A stretch of DNA of 64,000 bases from an uncultured Cohaesibacter sp. GTDB lineage: Bacteria; Pseudomonadota; Alphaproteobacteria; Rhizobiales; Cohaesibacteraceae. The translations under genes and the position numbers were made by a program. The notes beneath the pieces were generated by a model. That model was not told the origin of the DNA and did no database searches. It worked only from the letters and a program-made list of their open reading frames with translations. The stretch is from assembly GCF_963556055.3 (NCBI RefSeq), contig NZ_CAUVYE020000024.1, positions 10,513 through 74,512 on the forward strand, read 5' to 3'. Positions 19,154 to 28,188 of this stretch are shown piece by piece; the first letter of the stretch is position 1; every line of letters begins with the position of its first letter.

Positions 19154-20203
19154 ATGAGCAAGACCAATCCGGGCAACTATTTCGAAGACTTTCATGTGGG
19201 ACAGGTCATCAACCACGCAACGCCGCGCACGGTGACGGCGGGGGATGTATCGCTTTACACCGCGCTTTACGGGACGCGTTTTGCAGTGCAGTCCTCGGAT
19301 GCTTTTGCGCAGGGGATCGGTTATGATCGTGCACCGGTTGACGATCTGCTGGTCTTTCACATCGTGTTTGGCAAAACGGTGCCGGATATCTCGCTCAATG
19401 CAGTGGCCAATCTTGGCTATGCGGGATGTCGCTTTCTTGTCCCGGTCTTTCCCGGTGATAGCCTCACGGCAATGTCCGAAGTGATTGGGCTCAAGGAAAA
19501 TTCCAACGGCAAGACCGGTGTGGTCTATGTGCGCTCAACCGGCACAAATCAGCATGGCGAACTGGTTCTCGATTATGTCCGCTGGGTGATGGTACGCAAA
19601 AAGGATCCGGCAACGCCGACGGGCCACAATTCGGTTCCGACCTTGCCTGCTGCTCTTCATGCCGATGCGCTCGGGGATGCTGCTCCCATACTTGATCGCG
19701 ACGCGTATGATGTGTGCCTGTCTGGTTCTCCCTATCTGTGGGGCGACTATGAAGTTGGCGAGCAGATCGATCATGTGGATGGCATGACCGTTGAGGAAGC
19801 CGAGCATCAGATGGCCACACGTCTTTACCAGAATACCGCAAAAGTGCATTTCAACCAGTTTACCGAGGGGCAGGGGCGTTTCGGTCGGCGACTGATCTAT
19901 GGCGGGCATGTGATTTCCCTGGCTCGCGCCCTGTCCTTCAACGGGCTTGCCAATGCTTTTCATGTAGCCGCGATCAATGGCGGTCGCCATGTGGCGCCTT
20001 TGTTTGCAGGCGAGACCGTCTTTGCCTGGTCGAAGATTCTCGATAAGGCCGAATTGCCTGCGCGTGATGATGTTGGTGCTCTCAGAGTTAGACTATTTGC
20101 TAGTAAGGATTTTCCCTGTCAGACATTTCCCGGTGAGGCGGAAGCGGGTTATGATCCCAGTGTCATTCTGGACATGGACATGTGGTTGCTGCTGCCGCGA
20201 TAG
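19154..20203 (+). CDS. Double MaoC-like (R)-hydratase, probable mesaconyl-CoA hydratase
   Basis: GGAGG lies 5-9 nt upstream of ATG 19154. The 349-aa product starts MSKTNPGNYFEDFHVGQVINHATPRTVTAGDVSLYTALYGTRFAVQSSD. This resembles the Mch N-terminus as I remember it, and the gene is adjacent to a CitE-like gene. The functional assignment is inference. Confidence 0.7.
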   Translation: MSKTNPGNYFEDFHVGQVINHATPRTVTAGDVSLYTALYGTRFAVQSSDAFAQGIGYDRAPVDDLLVFHIVFGKTVPDISLNAVANLGYAGCRFLVPVFPGDSLTAMSEVIGLKENSNGKTGVVYVRSTGTNQHGELVLDYVRWVMVRKKDPATPTGHNSVPTLPAALHADALGDAAPILDRDAYDVCLSGSPYLWGDYEVGEQIDHVDGMTVEEAEHQMATRLYQNTAKVHFNQFTEGQGRFGRRLIYGGHVISLARALSFNGLANAFHVAAINGGRHVAPLFAGETVFAWSKILDKAELPARDDVGALRVRLFASKDFPCQTFPGEAEAGYDPSVILDMDMWLLLPR

Positions 20204-20635
20204 TGAGTTGAAATGCGCCTATCGGCAGGCAGCATAAGGGCTTTCCTGCCGATTTCAGTCCTTGCCTCAGAACCAAGGACAGGCGACAAATCTCATGGAT
20301 TTTTTCATCCGTCGACGGGCTATCGCGCTCGGCGGGTTTGGGACCTGAGCAACTAAAAGTCGGGAGGATTTGCGAAAAGTCATATAAACTTCTTCGAGTT
20401 GCCACTAAACTCCGCCGTGATCCGCCGGATTTCCTTCTTTGATTTAAACGAATCAAATTCTGGGTTTTCTTTGTTCAAGTGCGAAACTGTACGTTAGGCG
20501 CAGTTTGGGCGAAATTTTCCGATTTAGCGGTGCGGTCACTTTGACCAAGTCCAGAATTGTCGTTATGAATTCAATCATGCGTTCCAATAGTCTGGTTACT
20601 TCTACGTAAGAGTCACCTGTCGAGGGCCTTTAAAT

Positions 20636-21040
20636 ATGACAGACGTCGACCTGAAGGGCAAACGCCCTATTTCTCCTCATGTTCAGCATTCTGCTTACAA
20701 AGTCACTTTTTCTATGGCAACTTCCATCAGCCATCGTTTGAGTGGGTCAGCTCTTTATGCCGGCATGTTCTTCCTTGCTTCCTGGCTGATTGCACTGGCA
20801 ATGGGGCCTGAGGCATTCGATTTTGTCCAGTCGCTCTGGGGATCCATCCTTGGACGCCTTGTATTGTTCTGCTTTACCTGGGCAATGATGCACCACATGC
20901 TTGGTGGTATTCGCCACTTCATCTGGGATATCCCCGCAATGATGGAAAAGCCGCAAATTGAATTTCTTTATGTGGCGACTGTTGTTGGCGGCATCGTGCT
21001 GACGTTGATCCTCTGGATCATCGGTTATGCCGTGATGTAA
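20636..21040 (+). CDS. sdhC: Succinate dehydrogenase cytochrome b556 subunit
   Basis: 134-aa three-TM protein, first gene of a contiguous sdhCDAB set. It carries the RPISPHVQ motif. Confidence 0.9.
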   Translation: MTDVDLKGKRPISPHVQHSAYKVTFSMATSISHRLSGSALYAGMFFLASWLIALAMGPEAFDFVQSLWGSILGRLVLFCFTWAMMHHMLGGIRHFIWDIPAMMEKPQIEFLYVATVVGGIVLTLILWIIGYAVM

Positions 21041-21054
21041 GTGACAGGGAGAGA

Positions 21055-21432
21055 ATGATGAAAACACCTCTTAAAACCGTCCGCGGTCTTGGCGAAAAGC
21101 ACCATGGCACCGAACATCACTGGACAATGCGTATCACTGCCCTTGCACTTGTTTTTCTTTGCATCGGTTTTGTCTGGCTTGTCATCTGCATGCTTGGTTC
21201 CGATTATGAGAGCGCCAAGGCGATGATCGGCAATCCGCTGATTTCGACTTTCCTTCTGTTGGCTATCCTGTTCAGTGGCATCCATATGCACTATGGCGTG
21301 CAGACGATCACCGAGGATTACCTTCAGAGCCAGCTGTGGCGGACACTCGCCAAGATTGGCGATATGTTCTTTTCCACCGTCGTATGTGCCGCCTGTGTCG
21401 TTGCGGTGCTGAAAGTGTCATTCGGAGGTTAA
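21055..21432 (+). CDS. sdhD: Succinate dehydrogenase hydrophobic membrane anchor subunit
   Basis: 125-aa three-TM protein lying between sdhC and sdhA. Confidence 0.88.
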   Translation: MMKTPLKTVRGLGEKHHGTEHHWTMRITALALVFLCIGFVWLVICMLGSDYESAKAMIGNPLISTFLLLAILFSGIHMHYGVQTITEDYLQSQLWRTLAKIGDMFFSTVVCAACVVAVLKVSFGG

Positions 21433-21439
21433 TGATCAG

Positions 21440-23287
21440 ATGGCAAATACTTACAGCATCAATGGTCGTGCTTACGATGTGCATGACCACTATCATGACG
21501 TTGTTGTCGTGGGGGCTGGCGGCGCTGGCTTGCGCGCGACCCTTGGCATGGCCGAACAGGGCCTGCGCACGGCATGTGTCACCAAGGTTTTCCCAACCCG
21601 TTCTCATACTGTAGCTGCTCAGGGCGGTATCGCTGCCTCGCTTCAGAATATGGGACCTGACAACTGGCAGTGGCATATGTATGACACCGTCAAGGGGTCT
21701 GACTGGCTGGGTGATACCGACGCCATGGAATATCTGGCGCGTGAAGCTCCGAAGGCTGTCTATGAGCTGGAGCATTATGGCGTGCCATTTTCGCGGACCG
21801 AAGAAGGCAAGATCTATCAGCGGCCTTTCGGCGGTCACATGCAGAATTTCGGTGATGGCCCTGCCGTACAGCGCACCTGTGCTGCGGCTGACCGTACCGG
21901 TCATGCGATTCTGCACACTCTTTATGGTCAATCCATTCGAAACAAGGCCGAATTCTATATCGAGTATTTCGGTCTTGATCTTCTGATGAGTGAAGATGGT
22001 GTGTGTGAAGGGATTGTCGCCTGGAACCTTGATGACGGTACAATTCACCGCTTCAACGCCAAAATGGTCGTTCTGGCCACCGGTGGCTATGGTCGCTGTT
22101 ACTTCTCCGCAACGTCGGCTCATACCATTACCGGTGACGGTAACGCCATGATAGCGCGTGCCGGTCTGCCATTGCAGGATATGGAATTCGTTCAGTTCCA
22201 TCCAACCGGGATTTATGGTGCGGGCTGTCTTATCACCGAGGGTGTTCGCGGTGAGGGTGGCTATCTGGTCAACTCCGAAGGCGAACGCTTCATGGAGCGT
22301 TATGCTCCAAGTGCAAAGGACCTTGCGTCCCGCGACGTCGTCTCCCGTTGCATGACGATCGAGATCAGGGAAGGCCGTGGCGTTGGTCCGCAGAAAGATC
22401 ACATCTTCCTGCATCTGGATCACCTTGATCCGGACATGCTGGCCGAGCGTCTGCCGGGTATTTCCGAATCGGCTGAGATCTTTGCCGGTGTTGACGTAAC
22501 CAAGGATCCGATTCCTGTGCTGCCGACTGTGCACTATAATATGGGCGGTATCCCGACCAACTATTGGGGTGAAGTGCTCAACCCGACAGCAGAGGATCCA
22601 AATGCAGTTGCTCCTGGTCTGATGGCTGTGGGTGAAGCGGCCTGTGCTTCGGTTCATGGTGCAAACCGTCTTGGCTCCAACTCGCTGATCGACCTTGTAG
22701 TGTTTGGTCGTGCCGCTGCCATCAAGGCTGGCGAAGTGATCGACCGTGAAGCTCCGATGCCGAGCCCGAATCTGGCCTGCTTCGACAAGATCATGGCCAA
22801 CTTCGACAAGGTCCGCCATGCCAATGGGTCGCAGACCACTGCCCAGTTGCGCCTGAAGATGCAGAAGAGCATGCAGAACAACGCTGCTGTTTTCCGTACT
22901 CAGGAAACGCTGGAACAGGGCTGCAAGGAAATGGCTGCCATCTGGGGTGAATTGGGCGACATGAAAGTGACCGACCGGTCGCTGGTTTGGAACTCCGACC
23001 TGATGGAATCCCTCGAGCTACAGAACCTGATGATCAACGCCCTGCCGACGGTCGTTGGTGCTGAAGCACGTAAGGAAAGCCGCGGTGCGCATGCACGTGA
23101 AGATTACAAGGATGGCCCGTTGGGTGGTCGTGATGATGAGAACTGGCGTAAGCACACCTTGTCCTGGGTGAGCGAAGCCGGTGAAGTCAAACTCGATTAT
23201 CGTCCTGTCATTCTGGACCCGCTGACCAAAGTAGAAGATGGCGGAATTGATCCTGCGAAGATCGCGCCGAAGGCACGTGTCTACTAA
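21440..23287 (+). CDS. sdhA: Succinate dehydrogenase flavoprotein subunit
   Basis: 615 aa. It has [14 protein letters not shown], the FAD-histidine context [10 protein letters not shown], and [11 protein letters not shown]. Confidence 0.97.
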   Translation: MANTYSINGRAYDVHDHYHDVVVVGAGGAGLRATLGMAEQGLRTACVTKVFPTRSHTVAAQGGIAASLQNMGPDNWQWHMYDTVKGSDWLGDTDAMEYLAREAPKAVYELEHYGVPFSRTEEGKIYQRPFGGHMQNFGDGPAVQRTCAAADRTGHAILHTLYGQSIRNKAEFYIEYFGLDLLMSEDGVCEGIVAWNLDDGTIHRFNAKMVVLATGGYGRCYFSATSAHTITGDGNAMIARAGLPLQDMEFVQFHPTGIYGAGCLITEGVRGEGGYLVNSEGERFMERYAPSAKDLASRDVVSRCMTIEIREGRGVGPQKDHIFLHLDHLDPDMLAERLPGISESAEIFAGVDVTKDPIPVLPTVHYNMGGIPTNYWGEVLNPTAEDPNAVAPGLMAVGEAACASVHGANRLGSNSLIDLVVFGRAAAIKAGEVIDREAPMPSPNLACFDKIMANFDKVRHANGSQTTAQLRLKMQKSMQNNAAVFRTQETLEQGCKEMAAIWGELGDMKVTDRSLVWNSDLMESLELQNLMINALPTVVGAEARKESRGAHAREDYKDGPLGGRDDENWRKHTLSWVSEAGEVKLDYRPVILDPLTKVEDGGIDPAKIAPKARVY

Positions 23288-23393
23288 CAGCCCTTCTGTT
23301 CGGGCAGCTATGCTGCCCGACCTTTGTTAATTCGATGCCCGATGCTCGACAGCCGAGCAAAATGGGCGAGACCAGACCTTACGGAGCGAAAAG

Positions 23394-24176
23394 ATGGTTG
23401 AACTTTTGCTGCCGAAAAACTCAGTGATCAAGAAAGGCAAGACTTGGCCCAAGCCGGAAGGCGCGACCAACTTGACCGAATTCCGCGTTTATCGCTGGAA
23501 TCCTGATGACGGCAAGAATCCTCAGATCGACACCTATTTTGTTGATCGTGACAACTGCGGGCCAATGGTGCTCGACGGACTGCTTTACATTAAAGACAAT
23601 ATCGATGCGACGCTTACCCTGCGTCGTTCCTGCCGTGAAGGCATTTGCGGCTCTTGCGCCATGAATATCGACGGGGCCAACACTCTGGCCTGTACCTTCG
23701 GTATGGATGAGTGCAAGTCCAAGGTCGTCAAGGTCTTCCCGCTGCCAAACATGAAAGTGGTTAAGGACCTTGTGCCTGACCTCAACAATTTCTATGCGCA
23801 GCATGCCTCGATTGAACCTTATCTGAAAACGGATACGCCAGCGCCGGAAACCGAATGGCTCCAGTCTCATGAAGATCGCGCCAAGCTTGATGGTCTTTAC
23901 GAGTGCATTCTTTGTGCGTCCTGTTCAACATCCTGCCCGTCTTACTGGTGGAATGGCGAACGTTATATGGGCCCGGCAGCTTTGTTGCAGGCCTATCGCT
24001 GGATTATCGACAGCCGGGATGAATATACCGGCGAACGTCTTGATCAGCTTGATGACGTGTTTGGCGCATTCCGCTGCCACACGATCATGAACTGTACCAA
24101 GGTTTGCCCGAAAGGTTTGAACCCGGCCAAGGCGATTGCCCAGATCAAACGCATGTTGCTGGAACGCGCCGTTTAA
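23394..24176 (+). CDS. sdhB: Succinate dehydrogenase iron-sulfur subunit
   Basis: 260 aa with three Cys clusters: [44 protein letters not shown]. Confidence 0.97.
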   Translation: MVELLLPKNSVIKKGKTWPKPEGATNLTEFRVYRWNPDDGKNPQIDTYFVDRDNCGPMVLDGLLYIKDNIDATLTLRRSCREGICGSCAMNIDGANTLACTFGMDECKSKVVKVFPLPNMKVVKDLVPDLNNFYAQHASIEPYLKTDTPAPETEWLQSHEDRAKLDGLYECILCASCSTSCPSYWWNGERYMGPAALLQAYRWIIDSRDEYTGERLDQLDDVFGAFRCHTIMNCTKVCPKGLNPAKAIAQIKRMLLERAV

Positions 24177-24202
24177 GCGCTGAGCAAAAGATAAATAGAA
24201 AC

Positions 24203-24248
24203 AACGCTCCGGTTGCCGCTTGTTCGTGCAGTCGGGGCGTTTTTTATT
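24203..24248 (+). terminator. Probable rho-independent terminator after sdhB
   Basis: Stem AACGCTCCG / CGGGGCGTT (one G-U pair) around a roughly 21-nt loop, followed by TTTTTTATT. Confidence 0.6.
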
Positions 24249-24507
24249 CAAGGTCTTCTTTGTGAAAGCTTTGCGAGGGCGCTTGTCTTTTCGTCGCTTA
24301 CTTCAGGAGGGGCTTCTGGATGTCCGTTTCGGGCCTTGAAATCGTCAAACTTGTCGCCCATCTGGAGCGTAAGGAGATGGATTTGGCCACGGACGGATCA
24401 AACCAATCGTGCCTTTGGAGAGGATTGACATTTTTCCCGATTTGTCATGGTGCTGTTGGAAAATTCGTTTAGTTGGCGGCTCGAGTTTGGTTGCAGAGGA
24501 GGCTCAC

Positions 24508-24960
24508 ATGCTGCAAACGAATATCTTGTTTCTCGACGAGACGAATAACGATCGTAGCATTCTTGCAGAAGCTTATTACAATCATGGCTTGAAGAATGTG
24601 GCGCGGGCGTCCAGTGCAGGTTTCGAGCCCGCTGAGCAACTGGATCGGCACCTCTATGACCTTCTGAAGGCAGATGGGGTCTGTCCGGATGACTATTGTC
24701 CCAAGCCGGTTGATATTTTTCTTCAGGCCTATTCCCCCAGGATCGATTTGATCGTTGCCTTCAAGCCGCTGCGTGGTGCTTTCAAGTTGCCGATCTTCCC
24801 GAATCATCCCGCCGTTCTTCATCTTTCGGTTGAGGATTCGCGGGGGCGTGTGTCTGAGGGCGGGATCAAGAGAGCGGTACGGTCCTGCTATGCGGATCTC
24901 AAATTGTCTATTGATCGTGCGGTTGCTTCGGGCAAATTGCCAGGAGCCATTGCAGCTTGA
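24508..24960 (+). CDS. LMW-PTP/ArsC-fold protein with degenerate active site
   Basis: Strong RBS GAGGAGG precedes ATG 24508; 150 aa. NILFLDETNNDRSILAEAY aligns by eye to the CX5R(S/T) P-loop (e.g. FLCTGNSCRSQMAE), with Cys replaced by Asp. SSAG corresponds to YSAG. The downstream Cys and DP positions are also absent. Confidence 0.6.
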   Translation: MLQTNILFLDETNNDRSILAEAYYNHGLKNVARASSAGFEPAEQLDRHLYDLLKADGVCPDDYCPKPVDIFLQAYSPRIDLIVAFKPLRGAFKLPIFPNHPAVLHLSVEDSRGRVSEGGIKRAVRSCYADLKLSIDRAVASGKLPGAIAA

Positions 24961-25253
24961 GGTTATGAAGTGTCCATTTTCATGCAGGTTTTTCAAAGTG
25001 AAGAGATTGGCCTGCCCGCTTCTTGCATGCCTGCTAACCGCATTTGGATTGACTGATCAATATGATACGGAAAATTGAAGCTTTTTGTTTTCCGTTAAGT
25101 GCAAGTCAGTAAAGTGATTCAAATGCTTGTGTTCGACATAGGATAAGTGATTAGGTCCTTGTGCCTATAATTGGTCCTTGTATGATATATACTGGACTGA
25201 AGGACCGGTTTGTCTTATTCAAATATCGAGAATTATTTTTATCTCAAAACTTA

Positions 25254-26354
25254 ATGGGAGAGATCAGCGTGAGTGGAATCAAACTGCGCCCCGGCGTCGT
25301 CACCGGTGATGAATATTTGCAGCTTCTGGAGGCTTGCAAAACTGGTGGTTATGCTCTGCCGGCTGTCAATGTCACCGGCACCAACAGCTTGAATGCGGTC
25401 ATGGAAGCGGCAGCCAAAGCAAAATCTGATATCATCATTCAGATGTCGAATGGCGGCGCTCAATTCTTCTCTGGGCAGGGTGCTCCAGATGCGATGCGCG
25501 CGCGCGTTCTCGGCTCCGTGTCGATCGCTCAGCATGTTCATCTGCTGGCCGAGGAATATGGTATTTGTGCCGTTCTTCACACAGACCATTGCAACAAGAA
25601 ACTGTTGCCATGGATCGACGGTCTGCTTGACGAAGGTGAGAAATATTTCAAAGCGAACGGCCGTCCGCTTTACACCTCTCACATGATCGACCTGTCCGAA
25701 GAAAGCCTTGAAGACAACGTCTCCATCAGCGCCAAATATCTGGAACGGATGGCTCCGATGGGCATGAGCCTGGAAATCGAGCTCGGCGTCACCGGCGGTG
25801 AGGAAGATGGTATCGGCAAAGAGCTGGAAGAAGGCGATGCCGCAGATCCCCGTCTTTATACACAGCCCGAAGATGTGCTTTACGCCTATGACATTCTTTC
25901 AAAGATCGGTCATTTCACGGTTGCTGCCTCTTTCGGTAACGTGCATGGCGTTTACGCTCCGGGCAATGTGAAATTGCGTCCGGAAATTCTGAAGCTTTCT
26001 CAGGAAATGGTTGCCAAAGAGCGGAATCTTGGCGAGAAACCCTTGAGCCTGGTTTTCCATGGCGGGTCGGGGTCTCCAAAAGAGCAGATTTCTGAAGCCG
26101 TGTCCTACGGTGTCTTCAAGATGAACATCGACACGGATATTCAGTTCGCCTTTGCTGAAGCGGTTGCCGCGAAAGTGGATGAAAAACCGATTGCCTTCAA
26201 GCATCAGGTCGATCCGGAAGATGCAACCCCTTACAAAAAATATTATGACCCTCGCAAATGGCTGCGTGCCGGTGAGCTGGGCATGATTGCTCGCCTGGAA
26301 GAAGCCATGCACGATCTTGGATCTGCCGGACGCTCAGTCGTGTCTGACAGCTAA
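25254..26354 (+). CDS. fba: Fructose-bisphosphate aldolase, class II
   Basis: KLRPGVVTGDEYLQLLEACKTGGYALPAVNVTGTNSLNAVMEAAAKAKSDIIIQMSNGGAQF closely parallels the E. coli FbaA N-terminus. Start taken at ATG 25254 (366 aa); the track ORF begins at 25161. Confidence 0.93.
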   Translation: MGEISVSGIKLRPGVVTGDEYLQLLEACKTGGYALPAVNVTGTNSLNAVMEAAAKAKSDIIIQMSNGGAQFFSGQGAPDAMRARVLGSVSIAQHVHLLAEEYGICAVLHTDHCNKKLLPWIDGLLDEGEKYFKANGRPLYTSHMIDLSEESLEDNVSISAKYLERMAPMGMSLEIELGVTGGEEDGIGKELEEGDAADPRLYTQPEDVLYAYDILSKIGHFTVAASFGNVHGVYAPGNVKLRPEILKLSQEMVAKERNLGEKPLSLVFHGGSGSPKEQISEAVSYGVFKMNIDTDIQFAFAEAVAAKVDEKPIAFKHQVDPEDATPYKKYYDPRKWLRAGELGMIARLEEAMHDLGSAGRSVVSDS

Positions 26355-26387
26355 GCGCTTTGCAGGTATGCATGCATGAGTCTATGA

Positions 26388-26421
26388 CCTCTCAGGCATT
26401 TATGGCCTGAGGGGTTTTTCT
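26388..26421 (+). terminator. Rho-independent terminator after fba
   Basis: Stem CCTCTCAGGC / GCCTGAGGGG (7 perfect bp plus flanking pairs) followed by TTTTT. Confidence 0.7.
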
Positions 26422-26662
26422 TACGCATTTCCTTCTATGAGATGGCTTGTTTTGTTGCGATAATTAACTGTAATCAAAGTCGTATTGTTAAAATTGAAAA
26501 AAATTTTGCCTTTGCCACATTTCCCTGATATCGGTGTTTTGGAGAATAGGGTTATGGTCCGATGAATATTTGCTGCAAAATTTGACTTGTTTCAGATTTT
26601 AAGCTTGTTGGCGGGCCTGGATTTTGCTTTTAAAGCTTTGTTACGGGTATTCGGGACTGATT

Positions 26663-27307
26663 GTGAAAGTCATTTCAAGTGTCATAATCAAGTCGGCTTG
26701 CGCGCTTCTACTTGGTGGTTGCGCGGTTTCCAGTGATTTGATGGTAAGTGAGCAAACTCCAGCCACGAGTAATGTGGTGGTTTCATCTTTGCCTCTTGAA
26801 GCACCCGATACTGCTTCGACACTCTCGCCATCCTCCGAGAAATTTGAACATCCGGATACGCAGATGCTTGTGATGAAGGAAAGCATCAAGAGCGGTGAGA
26901 TATCCGCAGAACTTGGTGTTCAGGCCGAGCAGGCCTATCTTCAGGGGCAGGGCGAGCATTTACAGATCAGCACCCAAAATGCCGATCTCAAGCCCTATGT
27001 CGGCAGATGGACCTTGCAGGCGAGTGATGCGCGTAGCAAGGTCAAACGTATCGGATCCTATCTTGGCTTGTCCAATCGCTGCGAGTTGACCCTTGAGGAG
27101 ACACATAGCGAATATGGGTTCAAGGCCACCGGGAATTCGGCATGTCCGACCAGCCTTTTCATGCTTGACAGCTGGGTAGCCTTTGATGGCCGGCTTGTTC
27201 TTCGCGATCACATGGGCGACGAGATCATCAAGCTGCGTTCCGATGGCAGGAACATCTGGGTTGGTGTGAGCAAAGAGGGCAAGACCCTTACACTCAAGAA
27301 ATCGTAA
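26663..27307 (+). CDS. Lipoprotein with C-terminal Omp19/Inh (protease inhibitor)-like domain, paralog 1
   Basis: Signal peptide with lipobox LLLGGC (GTG 26663 preferred; the track ORF starts at 26624). The C-terminal domain GRWTLQAS...CELTLEE...GFKATGNSACP...WVAFDGRLVLRD...IIKLRS shares the two-Cys GxWxL pattern with the next gene. Confidence 0.65.
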   Translation: MKVISSVIIKSACALLLGGCAVSSDLMVSEQTPATSNVVVSSLPLEAPDTASTLSPSSEKFEHPDTQMLVMKESIKSGEISAELGVQAEQAYLQGQGEHLQISTQNADLKPYVGRWTLQASDARSKVKRIGSYLGLSNRCELTLEETHSEYGFKATGNSACPTSLFMLDSWVAFDGRLVLRDHMGDEIIKLRSDGRNIWVGVSKEGKTLTLKKS

Positions 27308-27401
27308 TATTATTTTACGAAAACGACACTTGAGGGATATGCTACTTGAATAAAATTCATATAGAATCAACACTCAGGTGGGGTGACGTAAGGAGAGTGG
27401 T

Positions 27402-27992
27402 ATGATTCGCAATTGCGCACTTGTTGGTATTTGTCTGCTGTTGTCCGGTTGTGCGACCGGTGGCTTTGGTCAGTTCGGCGGAAATAATGCCAGTTCGGTT
27501 AATCCGGCACCGACAACGCCTGTCGAGAGCCAGCAGCTTGGTGCGCTCATTCCGAATGACCAATATCCGAACCAGTCCTATCCGATGGTTGGTAATTCGG
27601 GTCAGCCAATCAACAACGCCATGGGGGCTGAAGCGGAACTGGCTTCGCCGACATATGGCGATGCCAATACGCAGGAAGCGTCTGTTCCGGCGGCGGCACG
27701 AGAGTTGAAGCGGACGGATTTGCTTGGTGCCTGGACGCTCACCTCGGGCGCTTCACAGTGTAAACTCAATGTCAATCTGACCAACTGGACTGGCGGTTAT
27801 CGGGCTTCAAGTCGCGGCTGCAACGATTCCGACTTGCAGCGCATCAACGCCTGGCGGCTTGATGCTGATAAGCTTGTCGTCTTCCTGGCTGAGGATGGCG
27901 TGTCTGTTATTGCCCGCTTCTATTCCGACATGCCCGGACGCTTCAACGGTCAGGCGGCGCTTGATGGCCGTGCATTGTCCTTTTTCCGTTGA
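27402..27992 (+). CDS. Omp19-like outer-membrane lipoprotein (protease inhibitor Inh family), paralog 2
   Basis: Lipobox LLSGC. The C-terminus GAWTLTSGASQCKLNV...GGYRASSRGCNDS...INAWRLDADKLVVF...IARFYSDMPGRFNGQAALDGRALSFFR aligns by eye with remembered Brucella Omp19 (GVWNASLGGQSCKI...GYRAGPLRCPG...WAVNGKQLVLY...LYSSGQGRFDGQT...). Confidence 0.75.
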   Translation: MIRNCALVGICLLLSGCATGGFGQFGGNNASSVNPAPTTPVESQQLGALIPNDQYPNQSYPMVGNSGQPINNAMGAEAELASPTYGDANTQEASVPAAARELKRTDLLGAWTLTSGASQCKLNVNLTNWTGGYRASSRGCNDSDLQRINAWRLDADKLVVFLAEDGVSVIARFYSDMPGRFNGQAALDGRALSFFR

Positions 27993-28188
27993 GCCGGACC
28001 GTTGTCGCTCATAAAGCAGTCTGTGGCCGTCGTCACAGGCTGTTGTTTTTTCGTGTTTATCCGAAATGGTTATTCGCTTTTTTGGAATGCCTCTATAAAA
28101 AGGGATCGATATTCTGGTCCCTTGAGACTGCATTCATGTGTCATCGATCACATGAACAATTGGATTTATTCAGGTGTGAGGCAAACAG

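Noticed and set aside
21308-22819. A 503-aa minus-strand ORF antisense to sdhA.
   Set aside because: Same reasoning: it lies antisense to a certain gene, has no motifs, and has low-complexity Arg/His/Thr-rich composition.
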